This document shows positions 48,238-59,336 of a stretch of 64,000 bases of DNA, in pieces. Each line of letters starts with the position of its first letter. The stretch's first letter is position 1. The notes under the pieces were generated by a model. That model saw only the letters and a program-made list of their open reading frames with translations, made no database searches and was not told where the DNA came from. The translations under genes were made by a program, and so were the position numbers. The stretch comes from an uncultured bacterium. Lineage in GTDB: Bacteria; Bacillota_I; Bacilli_A; RF39; UBA660. The DNA lies in assembly GCA_947646655.1 (NCBI GenBank), contig CANSHI010000001.1:125570-189569 (forward strand), in the 5' to 3' direction.

Positions 48238-49314
48238 TTAATTTTGTAATTGTTTGTTTAAACTTTTTTTCTCTCTTATTTTATCGTATAAGACATAAGC
48301 ACCGATCAACATTAAGCATATAACGATGAAAAGATAAAAGTTGACAGTGCGAGATATTATCATAGCGCTTCCGAGAATTGCTGCGGGGAAAAACATTTTA
48401 AACATAATCATAAAGCTTCCTTCACTTATGCCCATAGCACCAGGGAATGGAAGACTAGCAACTGAAATGTATAAGACAGCTTCCATAAATATGAAGTTAA
48501 AGGCATTGTAGTTAGATAAACCGAAAGATTTATAAATAAAATATGGTACACAGTGATATACACTTAGTTGTAGAATAGTTGTTAGAATGGTTTTTACTAG
48601 CAATGCTTTGTGCTTATTTAAGTAGTTTGCACATTCGTGATATTCTTTAAGTTGAGCATCCGATTTTGTTTTAAACGATTCTGCCTTTTTATATTTAAAT
48701 TTTTTTAACATTTTATAAACGAAGTCCATTATTTTTTCGCCCATCTTTTTTGAGAAGATCATAATGAATAAAAATACTTCTATTACTATATTGACTGTGA
48801 TTCCAAACAGCATAAGGTATTTGATGTTTCCTATATGATGTAAGAGGATATCTCGATTTAGAAAGAAGCCGACTACTGCTAGGAGTAAGGTAACGAATTG
48901 AAAACTTAGAAGTTGCACTAGAAGAGCTAGTGTTCCGTGGGAAATTGGAACTTTGTCTTTATTCATAAAATATACTTGCATCGGTTGTCCACCTGTAGAG
49001 GAAGGAGTTATAGAACTAAAGAAAAAGCCGACTAAACTATATTTGAAACATTTAGATAATGTCGTTTTATCTTTAAAGTTTTTTAGTATTCTATATATAT
49101 TAAGAGCTTCACCCATGATATAGAGAAACATACATAGAAGCGCGATTAAAATAAACCATTTATTCGAGTTTTTTAAGTTGTCCATTATTTCTCCTGGGTT
49201 GTTGTTTTTGAAGACTACTGAAATTGTAAGTCCTAGTATCAGTACGAATATTCCGACATTAATTAAAGTTTTTGGTTTAATTTTGTTTTTAATTTTCTTT
49301 ATTAATCTTTTCAT
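48238..49314 (-). CDS. Polytopic membrane protein (UPF0104 / MprF-TM flippase-like)
   Basis: Eight or more TM helices with a K-rich N-terminus. Family call is tentative. Confidence 0.45.
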   Translation of the reverse strand: MKRLIKKIKNKIKPKTLINVGIFVLILGLTISVVFKNNNPGEIMDNLKNSNKWFILIALLCMFLYIMGEALNIYRILKNFKDKTTLSKCFKYSLVGFFFSSITPSSTGGQPMQVYFMNKDKVPISHGTLALLVQLLSFQFVTLLLAVVGFFLNRDILLHHIGNIKYLMLFGITVNIVIEVFLFIMIFSKKMGEKIMDFVYKMLKKFKYKKAESFKTKSDAQLKEYHECANYLNKHKALLVKTILTTILQLSVYHCVPYFIYKSFGLSNYNAFNFIFMEAVLYISVASLPFPGAMGISEGSFMIMFKMFFPAAILGSAMIISRTVNFYLFIVICLMLIGAYVLYDKIREKKSLNKQLQN

Positions 49315-49654
49315 TAAATAACACTCCCTTCACAACAAGTTTTTATTTTTTGCAAAACAGTTATTTTGTTCATCCTTTTATATTGTATCACAATTTGGTT
49401 TATTTGTCCCCATGATAGACGTAAAAAAAGTGCATTTAAACATAACAATTTTGTAATGTTGGAAATATATTTCATCAGATAAAATCACCTCTCATACGAT
49501 TTTATAGTAATAACTAAGTTGCATTCAACCAATTTTTAGTTGTTGTATGTAACTTTTTAGTTGATTTTAATTAATTATATACGAATTATGTTACAAATAA
49601 GTTACAGTTTAGTTTTAAAGTAAATAAAAACTACTGCAATAATTTTGCAATAGT

Positions 49655-49885
49655 TTATTTTCGTCTAGATATATTTCTTTGATGATCTTCTTTTAAAGTT
49701 TGAAAAAATTTTAAAGTTTCAGCTCTTATATATTTTTTCTCATCAGGTGATAATTCACCTATTATAGCTTTAGCTTTTTCAATACGCGGTTGGAAATTCA
49801 TTTTAGGATGATACTTCCTATTGTAACATATCACAATTACTTCTTTAAGAAGATCTTCTAAGTAATCGTAATCTTTATTAGTCAA
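49655..49885 (-). CDS. Hypothetical small protein
   Basis: ORF only. Confidence 0.35.
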   Translation of the reverse strand: MTNKDYDYLEDLLKEVIVICYNRKYHPKMNFQPRIEKAKAIIGELSPDEKKYIRAETLKFFQTLKEDHQRNISRRK

Positions 49886-50216
49886 CTAATTCAAGACGAA
49901 CTTCTAAAGCATCGTCGCCCTTTCTCTCTTTAAGCTTTAAGATTCTAGTGTATCCACCATTTCTATTTTCATATTTTTTAGCTAGATCGTTAAATATTAT
50001 ATCGACAACTCTTTTATCATTATGTAAGAAAGCAAGTGCATTTCTTCTAGAAACTAGTGTTCCTCTTTTACCAAGAGTGATCATTTTTTCTACTAATACG
50101 CGAACTTCTTTAGCTCTAGCTTCAGTAGTAACTACATAGCCATTTGTCAACACAGTTTTAGTAAGTCCTGCTAAAATACTTCTTCTAATGTGTGTTTCTC
50201 TGTTAAGTTTTCTCAA
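49878..50216 (-). CDS. rplQ: 50S ribosomal protein L17
   Basis: TTEARAKEVRVLVEKMITLGK…. Confidence 0.9.
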   Translation of the reverse strand: MRKLNRETHIRRSILAGLTKTVLTNGYVVTTEARAKEVRVLVEKMITLGKRGTLVSRRNALAFLHNDKRVVDIIFNDLAKKYENRNGGYTRILKLKERKGDDALEVRLELVD

Positions 50217-50233
50217 TTCAATCTCCTCACTTT

Positions 50234-51184
50234 CTATTCGTGGAACTTAAGTCCCATCTCATTAACTTTATCAATTACTTCTTTTAATGACTTCTTACCT
50301 AAATTACGTATTTTTGTAACTTCTGCTTCTCTCTTATCGATTAGATCTTGTACAGTATTGATGTTTGCTCTTTTCAAGCAGTTATAAGTACGTACAGAGA
50401 ATTCTATTTCTTCGATAGGCGTTTCTAAAGTCTTAGTTATAACATCGATTTTCTTTTCAGCCATGATACCAGATAGGTCACTTATGTTATTGATATCCAT
50501 GACAATGTTTAAGTGTTCTACTAATATTTTTGCAGATAATGCCATAGCTTCTTCTGGTGTCATCGAACCGTTTGTATAAACATACATATTTAGTTTATCA
50601 AAGTTTTCATTGTGTCCTACACGAGCAGGTTCTACTTCAAAATAAACTCTTTCGATTGGAGAATATAGGCTATCTATAGCAATTTCTCCAGGTTGCATAG
50701 CACTACCTAAAATTGCTTTGTTTTGAGCCGCATCGACATATCCTCTTCCACATCCAACTGTGAGAGTCATATCTATACTTCCACCTTTTACTATGTTTGC
50801 AATAACTAGATCAGGATTGATAATTTCGATATCGGCATCATGTTCGATATCTCCTGCCAATACTGGTCCTTCATCTTTTTTAACTAAGCGAAGTGTTTTA
50901 GCTTCTCCAGTATGATTTTTGATAACTACACTTTTTAAGTTAAGTACGATTCCAGTTACGTCTTCTAAAACTCCATCAATTTTTTGGAATTCGTGCATTA
51001 CTCCTTCAATTTTTACTGAAGTAATAGCTGATCCTGGTAAGCTTGATAGCATCACTCTACGGAAAGCATTACCTAGAGTAGTACCGAATCCTCTTTCTAA
51101 TGGTTCTAGTTTGAATTGGCAATAAAAGTTACTTTCGTTATATTCTTGTATTTTATAATCAGGTTTTTCAAAATTTAGCGTCAT
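50234..51184 (-). CDS. rpoA: DNA-directed RNA polymerase alpha subunit
   Basis: GFGTTLGNAFRRVMLSSLPGSA…, C-terminal domain …VRTYNCLKRANINTVQDL. Confidence 0.95.
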   Translation of the reverse strand: MTLNFEKPDYKIQEYNESNFYCQFKLEPLERGFGTTLGNAFRRVMLSSLPGSAITSVKIEGVMHEFQKIDGVLEDVTGIVLNLKSVVIKNHTGEAKTLRLVKKDEGPVLAGDIEHDADIEIINPDLVIANIVKGGSIDMTLTVGCGRGYVDAAQNKAILGSAMQPGEIAIDSLYSPIERVYFEVEPARVGHNENFDKLNMYVYTNGSMTPEEAMALSAKILVEHLNIVMDINNISDLSGIMAEKKIDVITKTLETPIEEIEFSVRTYNCLKRANINTVQDLIDKREAEVTKIRNLGKKSLKEVIDKVNEMGLKFHE

Positions 51185-51201
51185 TATATTTCACCCCTTT
51201 A

Positions 51202-51585
51202 CTAATTTCTTGGACGTTTTGGTGGTCTACATCCGTTGTGTGGTACTGGTGTTTCATCAATAATTGCTGTTATTTCAAGTCCTGCAGTTTGTAAGCTACG
51301 AATAGCATTTTCTCTACCATTTCCTACACCTTTAACATGAACTTCAATCTTTTTCATACCCATATCTACAGCAACTTTTCCACATGCCTCAGCACTAAGT
51401 CCTGCAGCATAAGGAGTCTTTTTCTTAGAACCCTTATAACCGATAGTTCCTGCAGAAGCCCAACTTACAACATTTCCTTTTGTATCTGTAATAGTTACAA
51501 TAGTGTTGTTATAAGTCGATTGAATATGCGCTTGTCCTTCAAGGACAGTCTTTTTAACTTTTCTTTTTCTTCTATTATAAGCCAT
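51202..51585 (-). CDS. rpsK: 30S ribosomal protein S11
   Basis: Canonical S11 sequence. Confidence 0.95.
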   Translation of the reverse strand: MAYNRRKRKVKKTVLEGQAHIQSTYNNTIVTITDTKGNVVSWASAGTIGYKGSKKKTPYAAGLSAEACGKVAVDMGMKKIEVHVKGVGNGRENAIRSLQTAGLEITAIIDETPVPHNGCRPPKRPRN

Positions 51586-51596
51586 TTTTAATCCTC

Positions 51597-51965
51597 CTAT
51601 TTAGTAGCTTTTTTCTTATTAGCAACTACTTTACCCTTACGAGTTTTAGCATTTCTACTAGTTCTTTGTCCTCTTACAGGTAATCCTTTTTTATGTCTAA
51701 CACCTTGATAAGAATTTATTTCCATTTTGTTTTTGATGTTAGTTTGAACTTCACGACGTAGTTCACCTTCAACTAGGTGTTTATCGATTTCACTACGAAG
51801 TGCTGCTATTTCTTCGTTTGATAATTCACCAATTTTTTTGTTTTCATCTACTTTTGCATTTAAGCAAATATCTTTTGCAGTAGCTTGACCTATACCATAA
51901 ATATGAGTTAATCCGATATAAGTTTTTTTATTATTTGGTAATTCAACATTTTTAATACGTGCCAT
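51597..51965 (-). CDS. rpsM: 30S ribosomal protein S13
   Basis: [26 protein letters not shown]…. Confidence 0.95.
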   Translation of the reverse strand: MARIKNVELPNNKKTYIGLTHIYGIGQATAKDICLNAKVDENKKIGELSNEEIAALRSEIDKHLVEGELRREVQTNIKNKMEINSYQGVRHKKGLPVRGQRTSRNAKTRKGKVVANKKKATK

Positions 51966-51976
51966 AATTTACTCTC

Positions 51977-52090
51977 CTAACCTTGTCTTTGCTTGTGTTT
52001 TGGGTTTTCACAAATAACCATTATTTTACCTTTTCTTTTAATAACTTTACATTTAGCACAAATTGGCTTTACTGATGGTCTTACTTTCAT
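51977..52090 (-). CDS. rpmJ: 50S ribosomal protein L36 (37 aa; below the track cutoff)
   Basis: My translation gives [37 protein letters not shown], with SD GGAGGG. Confidence 0.9.
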   Translation of the reverse strand: MKVRPSVKPICAKCKVIKRKGKIMVICENPKHKQRQG

Positions 52091-52149
52091 AATTTTCCCT
52101 CCGTTACTTTCTTAAGTAATTAGCCCACATGTTATTTCTAGGTGCCTGT

Positions 52150-52230
52150 ATACTACTATTTTTCGCCTGGTAAAATACGGATGAATGTCATTCGCATTTT
52201 ACCAGAAATGTGAGCTTTAATAGTAGCTTA
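52150..52230 (-). pseudogene. Degenerate partial copy (about 70 bp, about 75% identical) of the infA internal segment, lying in the infA-rpmJ spacer
   Basis: 52161-52230 (…cctggtaaaatacggatgaatgtcattcgcattttaccagaaatgtgagcttta…) aligns with 52321-52390 (…cctggcaatatacggatgatgttcattcgcatctttcctgagatcttagctttta…). Confidence 0.5.
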
Positions 52231-52259
52231 TTTTGTTGTTCTAATACATCCACAGTTTT

Positions 52260-52472
52260 TTACTTACGATAAGTTATTAATCCGTTGCCTAAATCGTATG
52301 GAGACATTTCCACAACAACTGTGTCTCCTGGCAATATACGGATGATGTTCATTCGCATCTTTCCTGAGATCTTAGCTTTTATAATAACTTTGTTTGGCAG
52401 TTCTATTTCATAAGTACCGTGGCTTTCGCTTAGAACTTTACCTTCTACTTTAATTTTAACTTCTTTAGCCAT
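52260..52472 (-). CDS. infA: Translation initiation factor IF-1
   Basis: ISGKMRMNIIRILPGDTVVVEMSPYDL. Confidence 0.95.
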   Translation of the reverse strand: MAKEVKIKVEGKVLSESHGTYEIELPNKVIIKAKISGKMRMNIIRILPGDTVVVEMSPYDLGNGLITYRK

Positions 52473-52475
52473 AGT

Positions 52476-53222
52476 TCACTCTCCTGTTAAAATTTCGTAT
52501 CCATCATCTGTAACGACAATGGTGTGTTCAAAGTGTGCACTAGGTTTTTTGTCCAGTGTTACAATTGTCCAGTCATCACTCAGAACTCTTACATATCTTT
52601 TACCACTTGTCAGCATCGGTTCGATGCAAATAGTCATTCCTGTCTTTAGTGTTATACCAGTACCATAAGTACCAAAGTTTGGAACATCAGGTTCTTCATG
52701 CATACTAGTACCAATTCCGTGTCCGACTAATTCTCTTACAACACCGAGGTTATGCTTTTTGGCATAGCCTTCAATTTTTGCACTTACATTTCCCAGTTTA
52801 GCACCATTTCTGACTTCTTTAAGTCCTTCATAAAGTGCTTTTTCGGTATGTTTAAGTAGATATGTTTTTTTGGCGTTAATATCTCCGACAGGTATAGTCT
52901 CAGCAGCATCAGCATGATAACCATCTACTTCAACTACGATGTCAATACTAACTATATCACCATTTTTTAAAACTCTAGCTCCTCCAATACCATGAACGAC
53001 TTCTTCATTAACTGAAACACAAATGTTACCAGGATATCCTTCATAGCCTTTAGAGCTAGGGATACCACCGTGACTAGTAATAAACTTACCAGCCTCTTCA
53101 TCAATCTCTTTAGTCGTTATACCAGGAACAATTAAAGTTTTCAAATGTTCGCGAGTTAAATAATTTAAGTGACCCGCTTTTTTAATTTTTTCTATTTCTT
53201 CTTTTGATTTTATACTAATCAT
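52476..53222 (-). CDS. map: Methionine aminopeptidase type I
   Basis: Canonical MetAP-I metal ligands context. Confidence 0.9.
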   Translation of the reverse strand: MISIKSKEEIEKIKKAGHLNYLTREHLKTLIVPGITTKEIDEEAGKFITSHGGIPSSKGYEGYPGNICVSVNEEVVHGIGGARVLKNGDIVSIDIVVEVDGYHADAAETIPVGDINAKKTYLLKHTEKALYEGLKEVRNGAKLGNVSAKIEGYAKKHNLGVVRELVGHGIGTSMHEEPDVPNFGTYGTGITLKTGMTICIEPMLTSGKRYVRVLSDDWTIVTLDKKPSAHFEHTIVVTDDGYEILTGE

Positions 53223-53838
53223 TATTAATCACGCTTACTATATGTTCATAAATGTTATCTTCGCCATCGATCGAAATTACTTTGCCTTGACTTTTATAAA
53301 AGTCGATAAGTGGAAAAGTTTCTTCTATAAACGTTTTATAACGAACTTTAAAAGTCTCTTCATTGTCATCTGTACGTTTTATAAGATTATTGTTACATAC
53401 ATCACAGATGCCACTCACACGAGGGGGCATGAAAAATTTATTATATGTACGATTACAATGTGGACATATTAGTCTTCCCGTAATGCGTTTAATCAAAGTA
53501 TCATTAGATACTTTTAAATCGATTACTAGATCTATTGTTAAATTTAATTCGTTTAAAATCTTATCGAGTTCGATTCCTTGTGCAAGTGTTCTAGGAAAGC
53601 CGTCCAGTATGAACGGTTTTCCATTTAAACTACTCAATTTTTTTGTAATCAAATCGATAACAATTTTATCGTCTATTAAATTTCCATTTGCAAGATCCCT
53701 TTTGATTTTTTCATCTTCGATATCTCTTAACATTTCTCCTGTTGAGATATGGACATAATTATCTTTTTCTACTAACACTCGGCAAATAGTGCCCTTTCCA
53801 CCCGCTGGGGGTGCGATGAACAATATATTTTTAGACAT
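53215..53838 (-). CDS. adk: Adenylate kinase (with Zn-ribbon LID: CPHC…CDVC)
   Basis: P-loop GPPGAGKGT-like APPAGGKGT; the LID has four Cys. Confidence 0.9.
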   Translation of the reverse strand: MSKNILFIAPPAGGKGTICRVLVEKDNYVHISTGEMLRDIEDEKIKRDLANGNLIDDKIVIDLITKKLSSLNGKPFILDGFPRTLAQGIELDKILNELNLTIDLVIDLKVSNDTLIKRITGRLICPHCNRTYNKFFMPPRVSGICDVCNNNLIKRTDDNEETFKVRYKTFIEETFPLIDFYKSQGKVISIDGEDNIYEHIVSVINND

Positions 53839-55103
53839 TAGCGGCCTCTTCTTTTTGAAGTCGAATAATTTCTAGATACAACACTACTTTCTAATTGTTT
53901 GTAAGTTTCTAGACATACACCACAAACGATTAGAAGTCCAGTTCCTCCGATTGTTATCTCATTGCCAAGACCTGTTACTTTTGTAAATACAATAGGTAGG
54001 ACAGCGAGTACAATTAGGAATAAGCTTCCAACAACAGTAATTTTAGAAATCGAATTTCTTAAAAATTTGCTCGTAGCATCCCCTGGTGTAACTCCTGGAA
54101 TGTAGGCATGTGCTTTATCCAAGTTTTCTGCCATTTCTTCAGAGTTCATAAGCATTTTTGTATAAATATAACCGAATAGATAAATCAATACGACGTATAG
54201 TGCAAGACCAGGCCAAGATGTATATGATATATAATTTTCAACAATATTGTTAAATGTATCATTGTTTACAAATTGAGCGATCATCGATACTATACCAATA
54301 ATAGAACTTGCGAATATTACAGGCATAACGTTAGCCGAATTAAGTTTAACTGGTAAGTATGTCTTTTCTCCTTTATAAGAAGAAGCTGTTCTATTAGAGT
54401 ATTGTACAGGTATTCTTCGTTCTGCTTCTTGTACCCATATAACTCCTACTATGATTAGTAGATATGTTAGAGTAAATAGAGCAAAGAATAATATTCCGAG
54501 CCATAAAGGATTATTACCATTCGTTATAAAGCTATTAAAAGCTGATGTGAATATGCTCGGTATGCCTTGTACGATTCCAGCCATGATTATAAGGCTTTGA
54601 CCGTTACCTATTCCTTTTTTAGTAATCTCATCTCCTAACCAAAGTAGGAAAGCTGTTCCACCTGCAAGAACAAGGGAACTTTTGATTACTGTTAGGGAAC
54701 CATAACCTTTTAAGAAGGCATATGAGAACATGTAACCTTGCAATAATGCAAAGATTATACCTAAATATCTATTGATTTTATTAATCTTTTGTCTTCCTGC
54801 TGCTCCCTCTTCTTTTAACTCAGAGAAATATGGAATAATGTCCATCTGTAATATCTGAGTGAGGATAGAAGCAGTAATGTATGGCATTACTCCTAGGGCA
54901 AAGATACTAAAAGTCTTTAGTCCTCCTCCTGCCATAACATTTAATAATTCTAGAAATCCTAAGTCTTTAGTGATCGTTTTAGCTCCCGGTACGACAATGT
55001 TAGTTCCTATAGAAAATATAGCTAAGGCAAAGATTGTAAAGAACAATCGATGTCTCAAATCTTTATTTGTCGGACCGAAGAAGCCTCGTAGACGTTTAAA
55101 CAT
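53838..55103 (-). CDS. secY: Preprotein translocase SecY
   Basis: Ten TM helices and characteristic SecY motifs. Confidence 0.95.
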   Translation of the reverse strand: MFKRLRGFFGPTNKDLRHRLFFTIFALAIFSIGTNIVVPGAKTITKDLGFLELLNVMAGGGLKTFSIFALGVMPYITASILTQILQMDIIPYFSELKEEGAAGRQKINKINRYLGIIFALLQGYMFSYAFLKGYGSLTVIKSSLVLAGGTAFLLWLGDEITKKGIGNGQSLIIMAGIVQGIPSIFTSAFNSFITNGNNPLWLGILFFALFTLTYLLIIVGVIWVQEAERRIPVQYSNRTASSYKGEKTYLPVKLNSANVMPVIFASSIIGIVSMIAQFVNNDTFNNIVENYISYTSWPGLALYVVLIYLFGYIYTKMLMNSEEMAENLDKAHAYIPGVTPGDATSKFLRNSISKITVVGSLFLIVLAVLPIVFTKVTGLGNEITIGGTGLLIVCGVCLETYKQLESSVVSRNYSTSKRRGR

Positions 55104-55544
55104 CTAAATCACCTCGGCTTTTCCGCCTTTACTTTCAATCTTAGTAACGGCTTTTGTAGAGAATCTGTTAGCTTTAACAGTTATTTTTTTATCTAATTCA
55201 CCGTTACCTAAAACTTTAACACCATTAAGTTGTTTCTTAATTATGCCTTTTTCTTTTAAAAGTTCTGGAGTGACTACGTCACCGTCATTAAATCTGTTTA
55301 AATCACTTAAATTGATAACAGCATATTTAGTTTCAAATCTTCTGTTGTTAAATCCACGTTTAGGAATTCTTCTATAAAGTGGACTTTGACCACCTTGGAA
55401 CCAAGGGGAAATTGATACTCCACTACGTGATTTTTGTCCTTTTTGTCCACGAGTAGATGTTTTACCCATTCCACTTCCTGGACCACGTCCAACTCTTTTA
55501 CGTGATTTGTATTCTGGAGTAGTATTTAAACTTTCTAATTTCAT
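55104..55544 (-). CDS. rplO: 50S ribosomal protein L15 (true start MKLESLN; the track ORF is N-extended)
   Basis: [33 protein letters not shown]…. Confidence 0.9.
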   Translation of the reverse strand: MKLESLNTTPEYKSRKRVGRGPGSGMGKTSTRGQKGQKSRSGVSISPWFQGGQSPLYRRIPKRGFNNRRFETKYAVINLSDLNRFNDGDVVTPELLKEKGIIKKQLNGVKVLGNGELDKKITVKANRFSTKAVTKIESKGGKAEVI

Positions 55545-55545
55545 A

Positions 55546-56130
55546 TTATAGTTCCTCCACTTTCTTACCACGAAGGCTAGCGATATGCTCACGAGTACGT
55601 AGTGACTTTAGAGCATCGATTGTAGCTTTCGCCACATTGATTTTAGTATTAGAACCTAAACTTTTAGATACGACATCTTTAACACCAGCAAGCTCTAGAA
55701 TAACACGAGCTGTACCTCCAGCGATAACACCGGTACCTGGTTTAGCAGATTTTAATAAAACACTTGCTTTACCACATTTACCAGTTACATCGTGAGGGAT
55801 AGTTCTTCCGTCAACTAATGCAATTTTGATTAAGTTTCTTCCAGCTGCTTGCTCAGCCTTTTTGATTGCATCTTGTACTTCGTTAGCTTTACCAGTTCCT
55901 AAGCCGATTAGACCTTTTCCGTCTCCAACAGCATAAGTCGCTGCAAAACGCATACGTCTTCCGCCTTTTGTAACCTTAGTAACTCTTGCAATGTTAACGA
56001 CAGTACCATTTAATAGTTTTTCTCTAGGTCCATTACTTCTTCGATTATCTCTAGATTGGTTCTTTTTGAATTCACGTTTATTATCTTTTTTGAATTCTTT
56101 TGTTTCGTTTTTCTTAACTTCGTTTTCCAT
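55546..56130 (-). CDS. rpsE: 30S ribosomal protein S5 with about 30-aa basic N-terminal extension
   Basis: …[30 protein letters not shown]…. Confidence 0.9.
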   Translation of the reverse strand: MENEVKKNETKEFKKDNKREFKKNQSRDNRRSNGPREKLLNGTVVNIARVTKVTKGGRRMRFAATYAVGDGKGLIGLGTGKANEVQDAIKKAEQAAGRNLIKIALVDGRTIPHDVTGKCGKASVLLKSAKPGTGVIAGGTARVILELAGVKDVVSKSLGSNTKINVAKATIDALKSLRTREHIASLRGKKVEEL

Positions 56131-56140
56131 GTCGTTCCTC

Positions 56141-56497
56141 CTAGAATTCTAATCCCGCTTCACGTGCAGCTTCAGCAAGTGCTTGCACACGTCCGTGATA
56201 TTGGTATCCACCACGATCGAATACGACTGAAGTGATACCAGCCTTAACGGCTTTTTTAGCGATGTCTTTACCAACTTCGCGTGCTCCTTCGGCATTTCCG
56301 CCGTTTTTAAGTTTGAGTTCTATTGAAGATGAACTAGCTAAAGTTTTACCAGCCTCGTCATCAATTATTTGTGCGAAAATTTGGGCATTAGATCTAAATA
56401 CGTTAAGTCTTGGAGTACTAGCAGTACCTGAAACTTTAGTTCTTACTCTTTTGTGTCTTCTAACACGTAAAGTATTGTTTGCTTCTTTTTTTATCAT
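56141..56497 (-). CDS. rplR: 50S ribosomal protein L18
   Basis: Canonical. Confidence 0.9.
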   Translation of the reverse strand: MIKKEANNTLRVRRHKRVRTKVSGTASTPRLNVFRSNAQIFAQIIDDEAGKTLASSSSIELKLKNGGNAEGAREVGKDIAKKAVKAGITSVVFDRGGYQYHGRVQALAEAAREAGLEF

Positions 56498-56514
56498 AAT
56501 AATTCTCCTTTACC

Positions 56515-57054
56515 CTATTTAGCAGCCTTTTTACCTTCTTTACGACGGATACGTTCACCTTTGTAACGAATTCCTTTACCTTTATAAGGCTCAGGTTTTC
56601 TCCAGTCACGAATCTCAGCCGCAAACTTAGTAACAGCTTGCTTATCTATTCCTTTAATAGTAATTTCTGTATTATTTACTTGTTCAACACTCAAACCTGC
56701 TGGAACATCTACAACAACTGGATGTGAAAATCCTGCTGTAATAGTAATTTTGTTACCAGCAACATTAAATCTATAACCTACACCGCTAATCTCTAATCCT
56801 TTTTCATAACCTTGGCTAACACCAATAATCATTCCATTTATTAAAGAATTTGTAGTACCGTGAAGGCTTTTAGCATTTTTTGTTTCATTTTTTCTTTTTG
56901 TTAATACCGTATTATCTTTAACTTCGACAGTGATTAAATCACTTACGACTAGGCTAAGCTCACCCTTTGAACCTTTAACTGTAACGTTTGTATTATCTAC
57001 TGTTACTGTAACTCCATCGGGAATATTAAGTATTCTATTTCCTATTCTACTCAT
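56515..57054 (-). CDS. rplF: 50S ribosomal protein L6
   Basis: Canonical. Confidence 0.9.
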   Translation of the reverse strand: MSRIGNRILNIPDGVTVTVDNTNVTVKGSKGELSLVVSDLITVEVKDNTVLTKRKNETKNAKSLHGTTNSLINGMIIGVSQGYEKGLEISGVGYRFNVAGNKITITAGFSHPVVVDVPAGLSVEQVNNTEITIKGIDKQAVTKFAAEIRDWRKPEPYKGKGIRYKGERIRRKEGKKAAK

Positions 57055-57063
57055 ATTATTTCC

Positions 57064-57459
57064 TTACCAAATATAGGCAAGTACTTCGCCTCCTAATCCA
57101 TTGTTACGTGCTTCTTTATCAGTCATAACACCTTTAGATGTAGAGATGATAGCAATTCCTAAACCATTAAGTACTCTAGGAAGTTCGGAACACGCGGCAT
57201 ATACGCGAAGTCCAGGTTTACTAATTCTTTTAAGACCTGTGATAACACGTTCTTTTTTGTTATTAGCATATTTAAGATTTAAATTCATCTTATTACCTTT
57301 GATACTTTTTTCTACGCTGTAGTCAGATATATAACCTTCTTGCTTTAAAATTCTAGCAATTTCTTCAGTTATTTTAGTTCCAACAACTTCGACAGTATCG
57401 TATTTCATTATATTAGCATTACGAATTCTCGTAAGCATATCTGCTATTCTATCGTTCAT
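57064..57459 (-). CDS. rpsH: 30S ribosomal protein S8
   Basis: [18 protein letters not shown]…. Confidence 0.95.
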   Translation of the reverse strand: MNDRIADMLTRIRNANIMKYDTVEVVGTKITEEIARILKQEGYISDYSVEKSIKGNKMNLNLKYANNKKERVITGLKRISKPGLRVYAACSELPRVLNGLGIAIISTSKGVMTDKEARNNGLGGEVLAYIW

Positions 57460-57477
57460 ATCTCCTACGCTTCCTTT

Positions 57478-57663
57478 CTACCAACTTGATTTCTTTACGC
57501 CTGGAATTTCGCCTTCATTAGCAAGTTCTCTAAAACAAATACGGCATAATTTGTACTTCTTAAGTACTCCATGTGGACGTCCACATCTTTCACAACGTGT
57601 ATATTCACGAACCTTAAATTTAGGTTTGCGTTTGCTCTTAACAACTAAACTCTTTCTTGCCAT
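57478..57663 (-). CDS. rpsN: 30S ribosomal protein S14, zinc-binding type Z (61 aa, CxxC…CxxC)
   Basis: [25 protein letters not shown]. Confidence 0.95.
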   Translation of the reverse strand: MARKSLVVKSKRKPKFKVREYTRCERCGRPHGVLKKYKLCRICFRELANEGEIPGVKKSSW

Positions 57664-57672
57664 AGTTATTAC

Positions 57673-58212
57673 CTACTTTCTAAATGGCATTCCAAAGCCA
57701 CTTAATAATTTTAATGCTTCGTCGTTAGTTTTAGCAGTAGTTACGAATACGATATCCATACCACGAACTTTAACGACATCATCATATACAACTTCAGGGA
57801 AAACTAATTGGTCTTTTAATCCTAAAGTATAATTACCTTTTCCATCGAAAGCTTTAGGAGAAATACCTCTAAAGTCACGAACGGCTGGTAAAACGATACG
57901 TACTAACTTCTCGAAGAATAAATACATGTTGTCTCCACGAAGAGTAACTTTTGTACCGATTGTATTGCCTTCTCTTATTTTAAATCCAGCAATAGATTTT
58001 TTAGCTTTTGTAATAACTGGTTGTTGTCCAGTAATTAATGCAAGCTCACGGACAGCAGCTTCGATAAATTTTTCATCATGAGCTCCGTCTCCAACACCTA
58101 TATTGACAACAATTTTGTCTAATTTAGGTACTTCCATTTTAGAAGAATAGTGAAATTCATCCATAAGTTCTTTAACGATTTTTTCTTCGTATAGTTTTTT
58201 ATATGTTGTCAT
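57673..58212 (-). CDS. rplE: 50S ribosomal protein L5
   Basis: Canonical. Confidence 0.95.
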   Translation of the reverse strand: MTTYKKLYEEKIVKELMDEFHYSSKMEVPKLDKIVVNIGVGDGAHDEKFIEAAVRELALITGQQPVITKAKKSIAGFKIREGNTIGTKVTLRGDNMYLFFEKLVRIVLPAVRDFRGISPKAFDGKGNYTLGLKDQLVFPEVVYDDVVKVRGMDIVFVTTAKTNDEALKLLSGFGMPFRK

Positions 58213-58487
58213 TATTTTTCACTCTCCTTCTTAGATTTTGCAGTTTTTGTAGTTTTTTTTGCAGTTTTATCATCTACTAATTTTACATTAGAGGCATGAA
58301 TTGGTGCTTCTGTTTCAAGAATTCCACCAGTCTCATTAAATCTATTAGGCTTAATGTGTTTTTTAACAACATGTACGCCTTCAACGATAACGCGGTTTTC
58401 TTTCTTTAATGTTTTAGTAACTTTTCCTGTTTTTCCTTTATCGGATCCAGCAATGACTAAAACGGTATCTCCAACTTTTATTTTCAT
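58212..58487 (-). CDS. rplX: 50S ribosomal protein L24
   Basis: [23 protein letters not shown]…. Confidence 0.9.
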   Translation of the reverse strand: MKIKVGDTVLVIAGSDKGKTGKVTKTLKKENRVIVEGVHVVKKHIKPNRFNETGGILETEAPIHASNVKLVDDKTAKKTTKTAKSKKESEK

Positions 58488-58496
58488 GTCGTCCTC

Positions 58497-58865
58497 CTAT
58501 AAAACTTCTGGTGCAAGTGATACTATTTTTGCATATTCCTTATCACGAAGTTCCCTCGCAACAGGTCCTAGTACACGAGTTCCTACTGGTGTTTTATCTT
58601 CTTTGATTAATACGCAAGCGTTGTCATCAAATTTGATATAACTTCCATCAGCTCTTCTTACACCTTGTACGCTTCTAACGATTACTGCTTTAACTACTTT
58701 TCCTGCTTTGACGTTTCCGTTTGGTAGGGCTTTTTTAACAGTTCCTACTACAACGTCACCAATATTAGCATATCTAACTTTACTTCCGCCCAAAACTCTG
58801 ATAACAAGTATTTCTCTTGCACCTGAGTTATCAGCAACTTTTAATCTACTCTCTGTTTGTATCAT
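58497..58865 (-). CDS. rplN: 50S ribosomal protein L14
   Basis: [19 protein letters not shown]…. Confidence 0.95.
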   Translation of the reverse strand: MIQTESRLKVADNSGAREILVIRVLGGSKVRYANIGDVVVGTVKKALPNGNVKAGKVVKAVIVRSVQGVRRADGSYIKFDDNACVLIKEDKTPVGTRVLGPVARELRDKEYAKIVSLAPEVL

Positions 58866-58875
58866 AAGTTACCTC

Positions 58876-59136
58876 CTAAAGGATTACAGCTTTTTCAAGT
58901 ATTTCAACTAGTTCATAGTTAACTGTTTTACTAAGTGGTCTAGTTTGTACTATCTTAACTGTATCTCCTATTTTTGCTTCATTGGCTGCGTCTCTAGCAT
59001 GGTATTTTTTAGAATATTTAACTCTTTTACCATATAATGGATGCTTTCTTTGAGTTTCGACTAAAACTGTAATAGTTTTGTCCATTTTATCACTTACAAC
59101 TTTACCTATTAAAGTAACTTTTTTAGTTTCACTCAT
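58876..59136 (-). CDS. rpsQ: 30S ribosomal protein S17
   Basis: Canonical. Confidence 0.9.
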   Translation of the reverse strand: MSETKKVTLIGKVVSDKMDKTITVLVETQRKHPLYGKRVKYSKKYHARDAANEAKIGDTVKIVQTRPLSKTVNYELVEILEKAVIL

Positions 59137-59138
59137 AA

Positions 59139-59336
59139 TTAATTACCTCCATTTTCTAGCTCTACTCGCACTGTTTTTAATCTAGCGATATCTTTACGCA
59201 AAGCATGAATTTTATGTGTTTCACGTAATGAACCGTTAGCTTGTTTCATTCTTAAATCAAACAATTCATTTTTACATTCGATAATCTTTTTATCGATTTC
59301 TTCAAGTGTCAATTTTCTAATTTCTTCTGCTTTCAT
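59139..59336 (-). CDS. rpmC: 50S ribosomal protein L29
   Basis: Canonical. Confidence 0.9.
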   Translation of the reverse strand: MKAEEIRKLTLEEIDKKIIECKNELFDLRMKQANGSLRETHKIHALRKDIARLKTVRVELENGGN

